64,000 nt of DNA from a virus (lineage: Duplodnaviria > Caudoviricetes), in the IMG/VR virus record IMGVR_UViG_2786546882_000003, positions 36,063 to 100,062 of that record; one strand, written 5' to 3'. The notes beneath the pieces are model-generated. The model ran no database searches and was not told the origin of the DNA. It saw only the letters and a list, made by a program, of their open reading frames with translations. Shown piece after piece: positions 45,697 through 54,727 of this stretch (its first letter is position 1; each line of letters opens with the position of its first letter). A program made the position numbers and the translations under genes.

Positions 45697-46203
45697 CTAT
45701 GCGCTGTAGTCAGGCAGCGCTTCGCAGACCTCGTAAAGAAACTCGACGGTCACGAGACCGCCAGCAGTGAATTTCTCGTCCGATGCAGTTCCACCAGTCT
45801 GGCAAGTGTAGAGCGATACTGTCGTTTCACTTGCAATGACTGCATGCGCAATCATGCTTGTGACTTTCGTATTCGCTGTCAGCGCAGACGTGAGCCCGTA
45901 AAGATCTGGATCTGCGGCAGTTCCAACTCCGATTTTTGCGAAATTGTCTGACCCGGAGCCGTCGCCGGTTACAGCCGTGTCGATTCGAGCACGAACTGCC
46001 TTGACAACAGCCCCCGCTGGAAGAGTATTTGTCAAGTCGACCTTGAGCGAGTTTGTCAATGTGACTTGCTCGCTGAAAGACACCAAGTCTGTGATGTCTT
46101 GCTCGACCTCAACCTCTTCCAAGATCTCCTTGATCTCGTCCGCAGCTGCCTTGTTGCCAAGCGCCGTCTGTAGGGACCGCACGGTCCCGCTCTTCAGTGT
46201 CAT
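45697..46203 (-). CDS. virion-type beta-sandwich protein (capsid decoration-like)
   Basis: TLPAGAVVKAV....TAVT, IGVGTAADPDLY, FTAGGLVTVEFLY pattern. Confidence 0.55.
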   Translation of the reverse strand: MTLKSGTVRSLQTALGNKAAADEIKEILEEVEVEQDITDLVSFSEQVTLTNSLKVDLTNTLPAGAVVKAVRARIDTAVTGDGSGSDNFAKIGVGTAADPDLYGLTSALTANTKVTSMIAHAVIASETTVSLYTCQTGGTASDEKFTAGGLVTVEFLYEVCEALPDYSA

Positions 46204-46733
46204 AAATCCTCGTCTCCTTCAAATCGCGGCATCTGCGCCGCTAAAGCACCTTCGATATCTGGGCCACGCCACCCAGGTGGTTTCCTTACTTTTCCGTTCT
46301 CGTCTTTGTGGGCGCCGGGGCCAAACTTTCGGTCGTTTGCGTCACACACTTCCAGCGTCGGAAGAAAGTCGCTTACTCCCATCGCAAGAAGCATCCAGTG
46401 GCAGACGTATTGGGTATCAATGCAGCCGTCAGTTGATTCCTTCAGGCTGAACTGGCTATCGGCCAAGTTGATCAGATCGAGCTTTCCGGCGTCGTTGAAT
46501 CCGATCTTAAACCCAAGAGCCTCGATAGTTTCCCTTGCCTCTTCAAGGATCAGCGAAGCACCCAAGCGTCTGACATCAGCCCCCGGATCTCCGGGGAATG
46601 GCAAGACTGGCTGGTTTCCTTGATCCATAAAAGCAAGAACTCGCTTGGCCACATCGCTCTTGCTGCAAGGAGCAGACGATTTGATAAATTCGCGGTATTC
46701 ATCCTGCGCCTTAATCTGTTCTTCGCTAAGCAT
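46200..46733 (-). CDS. MazG-like / PRA-PH NTP pyrophosphohydrolase
   Basis: LILEEARE, DGCIDTQYV, EVCDANDRK, GKVRKPPGW. Confidence 0.8.
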   Translation of the reverse strand: MLSEEQIKAQDEYREFIKSSAPCSKSDVAKRVLAFMDQGNQPVLPFPGDPGADVRRLGASLILEEARETIEALGFKIGFNDAGKLDLINLADSQFSLKESTDGCIDTQYVCHWMLLAMGVSDFLPTLEVCDANDRKFGPGAHKDENGKVRKPPGWRGPDIEGALAAQMPRFEGDEDL

Positions 46734-47247
46734 TGAGTGCGTCCCTGCAAGTGATAGCTACGGCAAGTGCCTGCCAAACGTGACTTGAGATTCCGTACAG
46801 CGGGCCTTGGTTTTTCTTTGTTCCAACCTGCGGTACTTTTCCACCACCAGTTGGTTCGTACATGTCGATTATGGCCTGACGGACGTTCGAGTCGCCTGCT
46901 CTGCTGTTCTTGCAAATATGTAGCAAGATAGCCGGTATCCCCTCAGAATCCTGCTTTCGGTAGAGTAGCTTTGCAGGTGTGCCAGAAGAGCCAAGTTCAT
47001 AAGCCTCCTGGAATCTCCCAATCCAGCGTACCGTCTCGAACGTGGATGATCCGACAGCGAGCCCATAACTGGCCACCATTTCGATTGCTAGCTCTGATTC
47101 GCCAAAGTACCGATCACGAATCATCTGCAGCAAATCTTCGTTCGCGCAGTATCCGTGCTCGATTACTTCCGTTCCGTCGATCCAAGCCCAGGCGCTTTGC
47201 CAAGTACCTGGATCAACACCAACGACTCTCGGTCCAATCCTTGACAC
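46726..47247 (-). CDS. RuvC-like Holliday junction resolvase
   Basis: VVGVDPG, LAIEMVASYG, FETVRWIGRF, HVWQALAVA; GTG start inferred. Confidence 0.8.
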   Translation of the reverse strand: MSRIGPRVVGVDPGTWQSAWAWIDGTEVIEHGYCANEDLLQMIRDRYFGESELAIEMVASYGLAVGSSTFETVRWIGRFQEAYELGSSGTPAKLLYRKQDSEGIPAILLHICKNSRAGDSNVRQAIIDMYEPTGGGKVPQVGTKKNQGPLYGISSHVWQALAVAITCRDALNA

Positions 47248-47257
47248 AAATGGCTTC

Positions 47258-47677
47258 CTAGAAAGGAATGTCGTCAGCAGTTTCGTAACTTGAACTGCTT
47301 TGCTGCTGCTGTCGTGGCTTTCCGTTCGACTGGGCGCCACTGCCATCGCCCTTGCCGCCAAGCATCTGCATCTTGTCGCCGATGACACTCAGCTTGGATC
47401 GCTTCTGGCCATCAGATTCCCACTGGTCAAGTTTGAGACGCCCTTCAACAAGGATGTTCGATCCCTTCTGCAGGTATTCGCCGCACACTTCAGCCGTTCG
47501 CCCAAAGAACGTCACGTCGACAAATGTCGTTTCATCTGTCCACTCGCCGTTCTTCTTAACGCGATCATTTACCGCGAGACCAAGCGTTGTGATCGCAGTT
47601 CCGCTTTGCGCGTACTTGATCTCGATGTCTCGCGTGACGTTTCCGGCGAGAATAACTCTGTTGAATGACGCTGCCAT
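47258..47677 (-). CDS. ssb: single-stranded DNA-binding protein
   Basis: FNRVILAGNVTRD, YLQKGSNILVEGRL, C-terminal DDIPF. Confidence 0.95.
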   Translation of the reverse strand: MAASFNRVILAGNVTRDIEIKYAQSGTAITTLGLAVNDRVKKNGEWTDETTFVDVTFFGRTAEVCGEYLQKGSNILVEGRLKLDQWESDGQKRSKLSVIGDKMQMLGGKGDGSGAQSNGKPRQQQQSSSSYETADDIPF

Positions 47678-48315
47678 TACGCAACTGCCTCTTCTTCTGG
47701 GGTGCTGATTCCAACAGCCTCAAGAACCTTGACTTCCAGTTCGTGAAGCGTTCCACTGTTCTCGATCTTGCAGTCAGCCATCTGGGCAACTGCCATCTTT
47801 TCGCTAGCGTGACTGACGTTCGTATCGATTCGTGGATTCTCTACCCACAAGATGATCCCACCCAGCGACTTGATGTACTCACCTTCGTTCGGAAAACGAA
47901 CATCGCTAATCACGAAGCAAGGTGGAGGCATCTTCGCAGCCTTCGCAAACTGCTCAAGATCCTGAATCTTCTTGTCAACTTGCTTGATCCAGCAGTCGGC
48001 GCCGAACATGTTCCGGCAAACCTCAGTGCCGAAATACTGCAAGTGATGACGAACATCTTCGGACTTCTTCGCCTCATCCCAGCCAACTGCGTCAACAAGT
48101 TTGCTGAGACGATTGAGCCAGGTAATTGGGACATCAGGATCGTTTGTGATCCCGTTGCTGCCCTGCCTGGCAACGACAATCGGGTCGAGCTTTAGAAGCC
48201 CATCTCTGACAGAGTCCGCAAAAGCAAGCTTTGTGTACCCTCTCTCAACCAGGAAAGACGCGGCAGTATCTTTGCCGTGCCTCATCTTCCCGCATATACC
48301 TACTAAATTTGCCAC
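47677..48315 (-). CDS. deoxynucleoside monophosphate kinase
   Basis: GICGKMRHGKDT, LAFADSVR, RHHLQYFGTE, ISDVRFPNE, HASE. Confidence 0.9.
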   Translation of the reverse strand: MANLVGICGKMRHGKDTAASFLVERGYTKLAFADSVRDGLLKLDPIVVARQGSNGITNDPDVPITWLNRLSKLVDAVGWDEAKKSEDVRHHLQYFGTEVCRNMFGADCWIKQVDKKIQDLEQFAKAAKMPPPCFVISDVRFPNEGEYIKSLGGIILWVENPRIDTNVSHASEKMAVAQMADCKIENSGTLHELEVKVLEAVGISTPEEEAVA

Positions 48316-48392
48316 CGCTATCCTCCGGGTGCGTTTGGAGAAATTACATTCGCCAGATTCTACGTCCGGTTGCGAAACTTGTCAACCAGAAT

Positions 48393-49502
48393 TTAATCGC
48401 AAAAAACTTCGCGAACGTCAACAGCGCCTGGCCGGTCCCGGTCAATCACGATGAATGTCTGCGATGGATGCGAGAAAGCAGCCTTCACTCGGCGCTGTGC
48501 GTAGGCGTTGTACCCAATCAAGCAATTGCAGCTGACGAACTTCGGGTGGCGAAGGAATTGGTGCCAATGGCCGAAGACATCCAGGTCGCTCTTTAGGCCA
48601 TCGTCCCAGTTGCGGATTGCCTTCAGGACAGGAATGGTGATCCCCCCTACCCCGCCGTTGTATCGAATCTCGTCTCCGTGGTGGAAGCGAACTCGCTTGC
48701 CTTCGATGTTGGCGAGATTGAAGTAGGAGTTCACAACGTGCCATTTGACTTTTGGCTCGTTGCGATAGTCCTTCTCCATCCACTTGTAAAGCAGCCACTC
48801 GTAGCTCTGCTTATGCGCCGTGGAGACGCGAGGCTTCTGGGAGATTCTCCCGTGGTTTCCAGCCGACGTGTAAATGTCGACCTGCTCAACCCCAGTCTCC
48901 TTCACGATCGTATCAATCGCCGAGTGCAAGTGATCACGAGCGAACATCAGCGCCTCGGTTGGCGACAGGTAGTTCGATTCCTTCTGATCGTCGTGGAGGT
49001 GGCCGGTGATCATGTCACCGAGGACCGGAATCGCAATCCGATGGATGTTTGAGATCGACCGGACAGAATCCAGCAGCAGCAAGAACCGCTGTACGCATTT
49101 TTCAACACGCTTCGCAGCAATGTCCAGGTTGAACTCGTTAAGACCGTTGATCGTTGACGGATCTACCTGTTCTTCGCAGTGCCAGTCAGTCAAGACCAAC
49201 ATTGCAGTTGCGTCTCCACCGGAGTAACTCGGCTCTGGCTCATAGGTCTCGTACATCTCTGGAGTGGAAGAATCCAAAGACTCCAGGACTTCTGATTGGG
49301 CGAGAAGCAACTCGACATCGTCTTCAAGCTGTTTGCGCTGCGCTCTCTCGGTCGTCAGTTCTCTGTAGTAGCTCTTGGCCTTTTTCTCGGCATCAAGGGC
49401 GCGACGAAGGAACAGTGCTGGCTCCACGCTGTTTGGGGGCATGGCTGCCAAGTCAGTGAGCGGGACCTGTGAAAGCAAGTCTGCTGGGGGTGCATCGGTC
49501 AT
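48393..49502 (-). CDS. calcineurin-like metallophosphoesterase
   Basis: LTDWH, LGDMITG, AGNHGR, FHHGD, FGHWH. Confidence 0.85.
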   Translation of the reverse strand: MTDAPPADLLSQVPLTDLAAMPPNSVEPALFLRRALDAEKKAKSYYRELTTERAQRKQLEDDVELLLAQSEVLESLDSSTPEMYETYEPEPSYSGGDATAMLVLTDWHCEEQVDPSTINGLNEFNLDIAAKRVEKCVQRFLLLLDSVRSISNIHRIAIPVLGDMITGHLHDDQKESNYLSPTEALMFARDHLHSAIDTIVKETGVEQVDIYTSAGNHGRISQKPRVSTAHKQSYEWLLYKWMEKDYRNEPKVKWHVVNSYFNLANIEGKRVRFHHGDEIRYNGGVGGITIPVLKAIRNWDDGLKSDLDVFGHWHQFLRHPKFVSCNCLIGYNAYAQRRVKAAFSHPSQTFIVIDRDRPGAVDVREVFCD

Positions 49503-49681
49503 CGCTGGGGGCCTTTGAGATAGCGCGTGAAACGATCGAAGGTGAATGTCAGACCCATGCGAGCCTTGGCGGCTTCGTACAGGAACCTCCGAGAGTGATG
49601 AGAAAGCTTTCCGGTGTGGTAGTCACTTAGAAAACTGTCCCATTCTTTCTTCTTAGCGCCACTCAATTCGCTGACTTTCAT
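49499..49681 (-). CDS. small hypothetical protein
   Basis: MKVSELSGAKKKEWD..., GGAGAG RBS, ATGA coupling. Confidence 0.5.
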   Translation of the reverse strand: MKVSELSGAKKKEWDSFLSDYHTGKLSHHSRRFLYEAAKARMGLTFTFDRFTRYLKGPQR

Positions 49682-49761
49682 CGGCCTTCTCTCTCCGTGA
49701 AAAGGAAAAGGGCGTCCCTGCCCAAGAGAAGAGAGCGTCATGCTCTGGGGTGGTGGTCTCT

Positions 49762-50106
49762 CTACACGCCTTGAAGGACGTGCTTCCTCTCGATGGTTAG
49801 TTTACCGAGAGATGGGTGGTCGACGACATCGAGCTCTTCAGTGGCCAGGAACGATCGAGTAAACGAATCTCCAGGGCGACCTGAGTAGAACGGCGTGACG
49901 AGGATATTGACTTCTGCGCCTTCATTGGCTGCAAATCCAAACCCGCTGCTAGCCGCAGGGATCTTTTGAGTTGAGACCCGGCTTCCGTCCGAGTAAACCT
50001 CAATCTGCCAGGAGTCCAGATCAGCGCCGCAGCAATCTCCACCGCAGCACTGGTTAATCTCTTGTCTGAAGTAAAGGATTTCAGTGTCTTGCACGCTTGC
50101 CTCCAT
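49762..50106 (-). CDS. hypothetical protein (beta-sandwich-like)
   Basis: GAGGA RBS; 114 aa. Confidence 0.5.
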   Translation of the reverse strand: MEASVQDTEILYFRQEINQCCGGDCCGADLDSWQIEVYSDGSRVSTQKIPAASSGFGFAANEGAEVNILVTPFYSGRPGDSFTRSFLATEELDVVDHPSLGKLTIERKHVLQGV

Positions 50107-50957
50107 GATGATGAACTTCCTCTCTCACAATGTTATATGCGCAAAGCCCAAAGTGACGCCAATCAGATGGTGGAATTTTCTGAAGGGGATGAGTCGTTGC
50201 AGGTTTTTTCCATTGAGGGAAGTGAATATGGATTGTTGTGCAGAGTAGCACGGCAAGATGAATCACCAGTTGCGTGACTTCCGAGAGGAGCCACAAACAA
50301 ACTGAATCTTCCCTTCTTCCATGGAGAATTCCTCAGCGGCGCGAACCAAGAATCTATCCCAGTGTTGACTCATGCCAGCAGAAAACTCAGTTAGAACACA
50401 CATCATTAACGACTCAACCATCGCATTCGAGTGTCCACCCTCTGAAAGACTTCCTGCCTTGCGCGCGAATTTTTTTCAGTGCATTGAGTGATTTGCAGAA
50501 GAGAGTCGGTCTGTTGCGCGCGCAAAGAGTCGTTTGAGTAGCAAAGTCGCTGAAGGGTTCATACGCGCGCACCCTGGGCCTTAGTGGGGCGGCCAAGATG
50601 GCAAAAGACACTCTCGCGTAGTACCAAAAGCCGGGGTTTCCCCTCGACACCGAAGCAAAGCTAGCGTATTTCAGCCCTTATAGGTGCAGTACATCAACTG
50701 TTATCACCGTCCGGTAACTGCGCGTCCACTAGCTCGTCGGCCTGCTAACCCAGTGCGCCACTCATAGCTTAGGAGCCTTGGCGTAGTGATGCCTACGTTT
50801 CCGACTCGGTCGCTTACTTGCCATCGCTGACAAGTGGACTTCCACAGATTGGGTACAACGCTCAAACGAGTGCCCCGGCAAGCACGCCTGTGGCGTATTA
50901 CACTCGCCGGTTGCAGCCTGACATTTGGGATCAGGCGCCCATGTCTGACATGCGGGT

Positions 50958-51227
50958 TCAGACGCCCGTTGCGGTCCCATGGTTTTTCGGGGGCCACTGC
51001 TTAATGAGATTGCCGTCCTTGTCCTTCTTGTTGTCTTCGTATATTCGCTTGACAACTCCGCTGGCGTGCAGCCAGTCCCAGTATTGCTTATCTCTGACGC
51101 GAACCTGCGACAGCCGAAGGCCTGCGTGTTTTCCGAACATGACGATGAGCTTAGCCTCTGCTTTGGCTCGCCTCATGCCGACTATGTTGTTCGCGCCACG
51201 CTTGCGATATTTCTTTTTCTTAGCCAT
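50958..51227 (-). CDS. small basic hypothetical protein
   Basis: MFGKHAGLRLSQV..D.QYWDWL motif. Confidence 0.55.
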   Translation of the reverse strand: MAKKKKYRKRGANNIVGMRRAKAEAKLIVMFGKHAGLRLSQVRVRDKQYWDWLHASGVVKRIYEDNKKDKDGNLIKQWPPKNHGTATGV

Positions 51228-51924
51228 TTGTTTCCGCTTCTAAACGCTTTGCTGCCTGATCGCACCAAGCTTCACTGCATTCAATGCCAATAGCCTTTCT
51301 GCCCTCGCGCACTGCCGCAATCAGTGTTGACCCTGATCCCGCAAATGGATCCAAAACAGTCTCCCCGAATCGCGAACTGCTTTCGATCATCTCCTGCAGT
51401 AACATCACTGGCTTCTCCGTTGGATGGTGCCCTTTTCGCCCATTCCTGCGCTGGTATCGAAGGATACTCCCTTTTCGCAGTTTTGACGCCAAGCCCTCCT
51501 TGCCGCGATGCCTAGAAGCCCTATCCGCCTTGGCGAAGAACATAATCGGTTCGTGCTGTTTCGCCCATGGCGATTTAAGGTCGCCACCAGACAGTGATAC
51601 CTTGTCCCAGATCAGCTGGACTGGCTTCGTGATCTTCAGTGTTGACAAATCAAATTCGCCAAACACGTATGCGTGCCTCGCAATATTCAGTTTTCCGACT
51701 GCCAGATCTAGGCACGCTGCAACATCCAGCGACCCGTCATCACCTGGTATCTTTTCGCCGTCGGTCCATCCTGATTTATAATCAACGCCGTATGGCGGAT
51801 CGGTGACAATTAGGTCAACCGTCTGAAGCAATGGCAAAACGTCACGGCAGTCACCGTGATACAGCACCGCCTCATCGCTCTCCCAGTATGGAGACAATGC
51901 CTGTGCAATAATGCCATCAACCAC
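51220..51924 (-). CDS. DNA N6-adenine/N4-cytosine methyltransferase (beta class)
   Basis: VTDPPYG, HPTEKP, VLDPFAGSGST. Confidence 0.92.
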   Translation of the reverse strand: MVDGIIAQALSPYWESDEAVLYHGDCRDVLPLLQTVDLIVTDPPYGVDYKSGWTDGEKIPGDDGSLDVAACLDLAVGKLNIARHAYVFGEFDLSTLKITKPVQLIWDKVSLSGGDLKSPWAKQHEPIMFFAKADRASRHRGKEGLASKLRKGSILRYQRRNGRKGHHPTEKPVMLLQEMIESSSRFGETVLDPFAGSGSTLIAAVREGRKAIGIECSEAWCDQAAKRLEAETNG

Positions 51925-51988
51925 AGATCATTCCTCAATAAATACTTTCAAGCTGTTGCTTCATTCTATGATAACCGGCCTCTTGTAG

Positions 51989-52029
51989 TGGCGTGTGCCG
52001 GAGTCGAACCGACGTTTTCCTCTCACGCC
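51989..52029 (-). ncRNA. tRNA-like mini-element (acceptor stem and T-arm only)
   Basis: - strand GGCGTGA-GAGGAAAAC-GTCGG TTCGACT CCGGC-ACACGCC-A. Confidence 0.4.
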
Positions 52030-52272
52030 CAATTGCCAGTAGCGGTGACTGGCGGAACCACCAGCTAGGGAATAATCCGATGCATGTTGCTATGGGTAAA
52101 TCCGCCCGACGTGGGCGCCGAGAAAAATCGCGGCTCCATACGACAGTGCAGTCATAAAGTTTGAGAATTCAGTGCCGCCTGTGATTTCTGCGCACGCAAA
52201 GAAAACAAGCATTGATAACAACAAAGCAACTGTCGAAAGCAAGAACCTGGTTCTGCTCATTGCTGACCCATT

Positions 52273-52524
52273 TTATCTGGTGTTTTTTGGTGCGTACTCG
52301 CGCAGCTCGGAATCTGCGTATCCTTCGTTGTCTAGCCACCATCCATACATGTCGTTGTCGCAGCGAAGGAACGGTGGCTTTTCGTCGTGACTGTCTCGCT
52401 CTCTTTCGATGTACCAGTCAAAGCCGACGCTGTTCCACCAGTTTTGCCAGCGGTGGATGGCATTTTCCAGTTCTCTTCTTCTTGGCTTACGCCTGAACAG
52501 TCTCGAAAGCATCCGCCTACCCAA
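52273..52524 (-). CDS. hypothetical Trp-rich protein
   Basis: 83-aa ORF overlapping the rimI stop. Confidence 0.45.
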   Translation of the reverse strand: MGRRMLSRLFRRKPRRRELENAIHRWQNWWNSVGFDWYIERERDSHDEKPPFLRCDNDMYGWWLDNEGYADSELREYAPKNTR

Positions 52525-53002
52525 TCAAGTGCGAAATCCGATTGCCAGCATCTACCTGCTCATGCTGATATCGACACTGCATCAAGTACGCATCCTCAGG
52601 CGAATCCTCGTAGAAGTCCCTTAGGATTGAGATCGCTCTGAAGCCAAGCTTCTTGAGGAACAGTTGTGCTGGAAGGTTTTTCTCGCGAACCTCCAGCATG
52701 ATTCGGTTTCTGCGGTCGGCGCTGAGCTTTCCCTGAAGCTTTGCGATCATCGACCTGCCAACCCCATTATTGCGGTTTCCTGGCAGCACAGCCAAATTCA
52801 GTAAGTGAAGCCTGTTTTTGTGCAGCTCGTAGATCATGAACCCGATGACTTGTTCATCCTCTTCGGACACCATGCCGATGCAGTTTCTTTGGCGAAGGCA
52901 GCGGATGAACTCCTCTTCGCTCCATGGAAACTCAAAGCTTTGGTTCTCGATTTCCAAGACCTGCGGCATGTCCCGACGAATCATCCAGCGAATGTGTGCC
53001 AC
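52517..53002 (-). CDS. rimI: ribosomal-protein-alanine N-acetyltransferase (GNAT)
   Basis: HIRWMIRRDMPQVLEIE..SFEFPWSEEEF, LHLLNLAV, LEVREKNLPAQLF, FYEDSPEDAYLM. Confidence 0.9.
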   Translation of the reverse strand: MAHIRWMIRRDMPQVLEIENQSFEFPWSEEEFIRCLRQRNCIGMVSEEDEQVIGFMIYELHKNRLHLLNLAVLPGNRNNGVGRSMIAKLQGKLSADRRNRIMLEVREKNLPAQLFLKKLGFRAISILRDFYEDSPEDAYLMQCRYQHEQVDAGNRISHLIG

Positions 53003-53037
53003 CAGTTCACTCCTTGATTGCAGACTATCAAGCTATA

Positions 53038-53226
53038 TTACTTGCCGTCATCGGTAGGGTTTTTCTTAATTGCCTCAAGAACCTCATCGAGGTTGTACTT
53101 GTTAAAACGACCGATTCTGTAGAACGGTATCTTTCCGTCGCTTGCAAGTCTGCTGATGCAGTTTGGAGTGACTCCGAGCTTTTCAGCAATTTCGTTTCTA
53201 CTGAGAAGATCTTCCGCTGGATTCAT
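53038..53226 (-). CDS. excisionase/MerR-like HTH protein
   Basis: LLSRNEIAEKLGVT...DGKIPFYRIGRFNKYNLDEV; GGAGG RBS. Confidence 0.85.
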   Translation of the reverse strand: MNPAEDLLSRNEIAEKLGVTPNCISRLASDGKIPFYRIGRFNKYNLDEVLEAIKKNPTDDGK

Positions 53227-53280
53227 GCTAGGTCCTCCACAATCTATATGCGCAAACCTGATCGTCCGTGAACGAATGTG

Positions 53281-53340
53281 AGAAGATTTGGGAAGATGTG
53301 GGAAAATATGAGAAGATGTGAGAAAACTTGAGAAAATCTG
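53281..53340. repeat. six tandem 10-bp direct repeats, consensus RGAARAYNTG
   Basis: agaagatttg ggaagatgtg ggaaaatatg agaagatgtg agaaaacttg agaaaatctg. Confidence 0.85.
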
Positions 53341-53418
53341 GGAATGGATCGGAATGTCGCGATGTATGCAATGTTTCGTGGCAAAACCGAAACTCGCCCG
53401 AAATCTATATGCGCCAAG

Positions 53419-53790
53419 TCATAATCTCTTGACCATGTCTGCTGCTTTTTCGAGCAAGATGACTCGCGGAGCTACCGATGCCTTCAGTGCTTGGCTACCA
53501 CCGATCATTGCTGGGGTGACAAGCATTACAGCGACCATGAGTGGTGCAATGATGATCGGCTCCATTTGGTTTTCCTTGATGGCTTTCCACTTCCAGATCG
53601 GAACAAAAACCAGCACAAGGATTGCAAATAAGCAAGTCAAGAACAAAAGCATCCCTGACCAAAACATCCAAGAAACGTACTCCTGCGCCACTAACGGCGC
53701 CTGGTCCATGACAAATCCACCAGCGTCATTCGCTGCGGACTCGACTGCATCCAAGTATCCGTTGATTCTTTGCTTGATCTCTTCGTCCAT
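53419..53790 (-). CDS. two-TM membrane protein
   Basis: FVMDQAPLVAQEYV.W, two hydrophobic segments, APRVILLE. Confidence 0.7.
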   Translation of the reverse strand: MDEEIKQRINGYLDAVESAANDAGGFVMDQAPLVAQEYVSWMFWSGMLLFLTCLFAILVLVFVPIWKWKAIKENQMEPIIIAPLMVAVMLVTPAMIGGSQALKASVAPRVILLEKAADMVKRL

Positions 53791-53805
53791 CTTCCTGGCC
53801 TTTGG

Positions 53806-54375
53806 TTATTTGTGCAGCGGGAACGGCGACACGATGATATCTGGCTCCATGTAGACAGGCTTTGCTTGACCATCTGGTCCTTTGAGCATGATCCAGGTAG
53901 CAGCAAGGCCTTCAGGCATGAACAAGCCGTTCGGGTCTGCTTGCGGCATCTGTTGCACTCGACCGTTATCGCTCATTGTGTGAATGCCCAAAAAGCGGTC
54001 GGCATCCACTAATGTTTTCGGGTTAGTAAACTGCACGCTATACGGGAGGCCAAATCCGATTGCTTCGCCGATAAAGATGAGTTCCCCGTTCAGGTTGACG
54101 ATGTAGCAGTACGTCGTGATTTCTTTGTCGCGAAGCTCAAGGATGTCCTTTGCTAGCTTTCGCTCTGTGAATCGAGTGATATCGGGCATCCCGATCTGGC
54201 GATCTGCCTCTGCCAACCTTTGCTTTGTTTCGGCTGACTGTCGTGTATCTGCATCGTTTCCTGACAGCGCATTTGATCCGTCGAAGCTGCGGATGGCGCC
54301 TATGATTAAGCCTGCAAGGATCGCGATGATTGCAATCACAACAAGAGCTTCAACAACTGAGAATGCCTTACGCAT
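53806..54375 (-). CDS. exported protein with prepilin-type N-terminal leader
   Basis: MRKAFSVVEALVVIAIIAILAGL; body GFGLPYSVQFTNP, PQADPNGLF, ATWIM, YMEP. Confidence 0.7.
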   Translation of the reverse strand: MRKAFSVVEALVVIAIIAILAGLIIGAIRSFDGSNALSGNDADTRQSAETKQRLAEADRQIGMPDITRFTERKLAKDILELRDKEITTYCYIVNLNGELIFIGEAIGFGLPYSVQFTNPKTLVDADRFLGIHTMSDNGRVQQMPQADPNGLFMPEGLAATWIMLKGPDGQAKPVYMEPDIIVSPFPLHK

Positions 54376-54700
54376 CTTTCAAATCCTCCAGGAAATCGCG
54401 AACGTCAGACGGGAGACGATCCCAATCAAGTTCGTTCGCGCGGTGCAGAATCAGGCTTCTCAGCGCAGACTTGTGGTCTTCGCCTGCCTTGGTGTATTCA
54501 ACTTGCATCTCTCGAAGGTCGCGAACTGTACCTTCTACATAGCTTTTGTTCTCTCGGTAGATGTCGGTTTTCACTGACTCAAGTTCAGTTCCGTAGGTCC
54601 GCATCACCTGAAGCTTCAGCCAAAGTGCGCCAAAGGCTATGCCGCCAACAACTGCGACAGCCAGAACCAACCCGCCGATCCAGGTAAGCGCATCTTTCAT
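54368..54700 (-). CDS. N-terminally anchored membrane protein
   Basis: TM segment then DIYRENKSYVEG. Confidence 0.65.
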   Translation of the reverse strand: MKDALTWIGGLVLAVAVVGGIAFGALWLKLQVMRTYGTELESVKTDIYRENKSYVEGTVRDLREMQVEYTKAGEDHKSALRSLILHRANELDWDRLPSDVRDFLEDLKDA

Positions 54701-54727
54701 TTGATTTGATCCGTAAGCGGTTAAATG

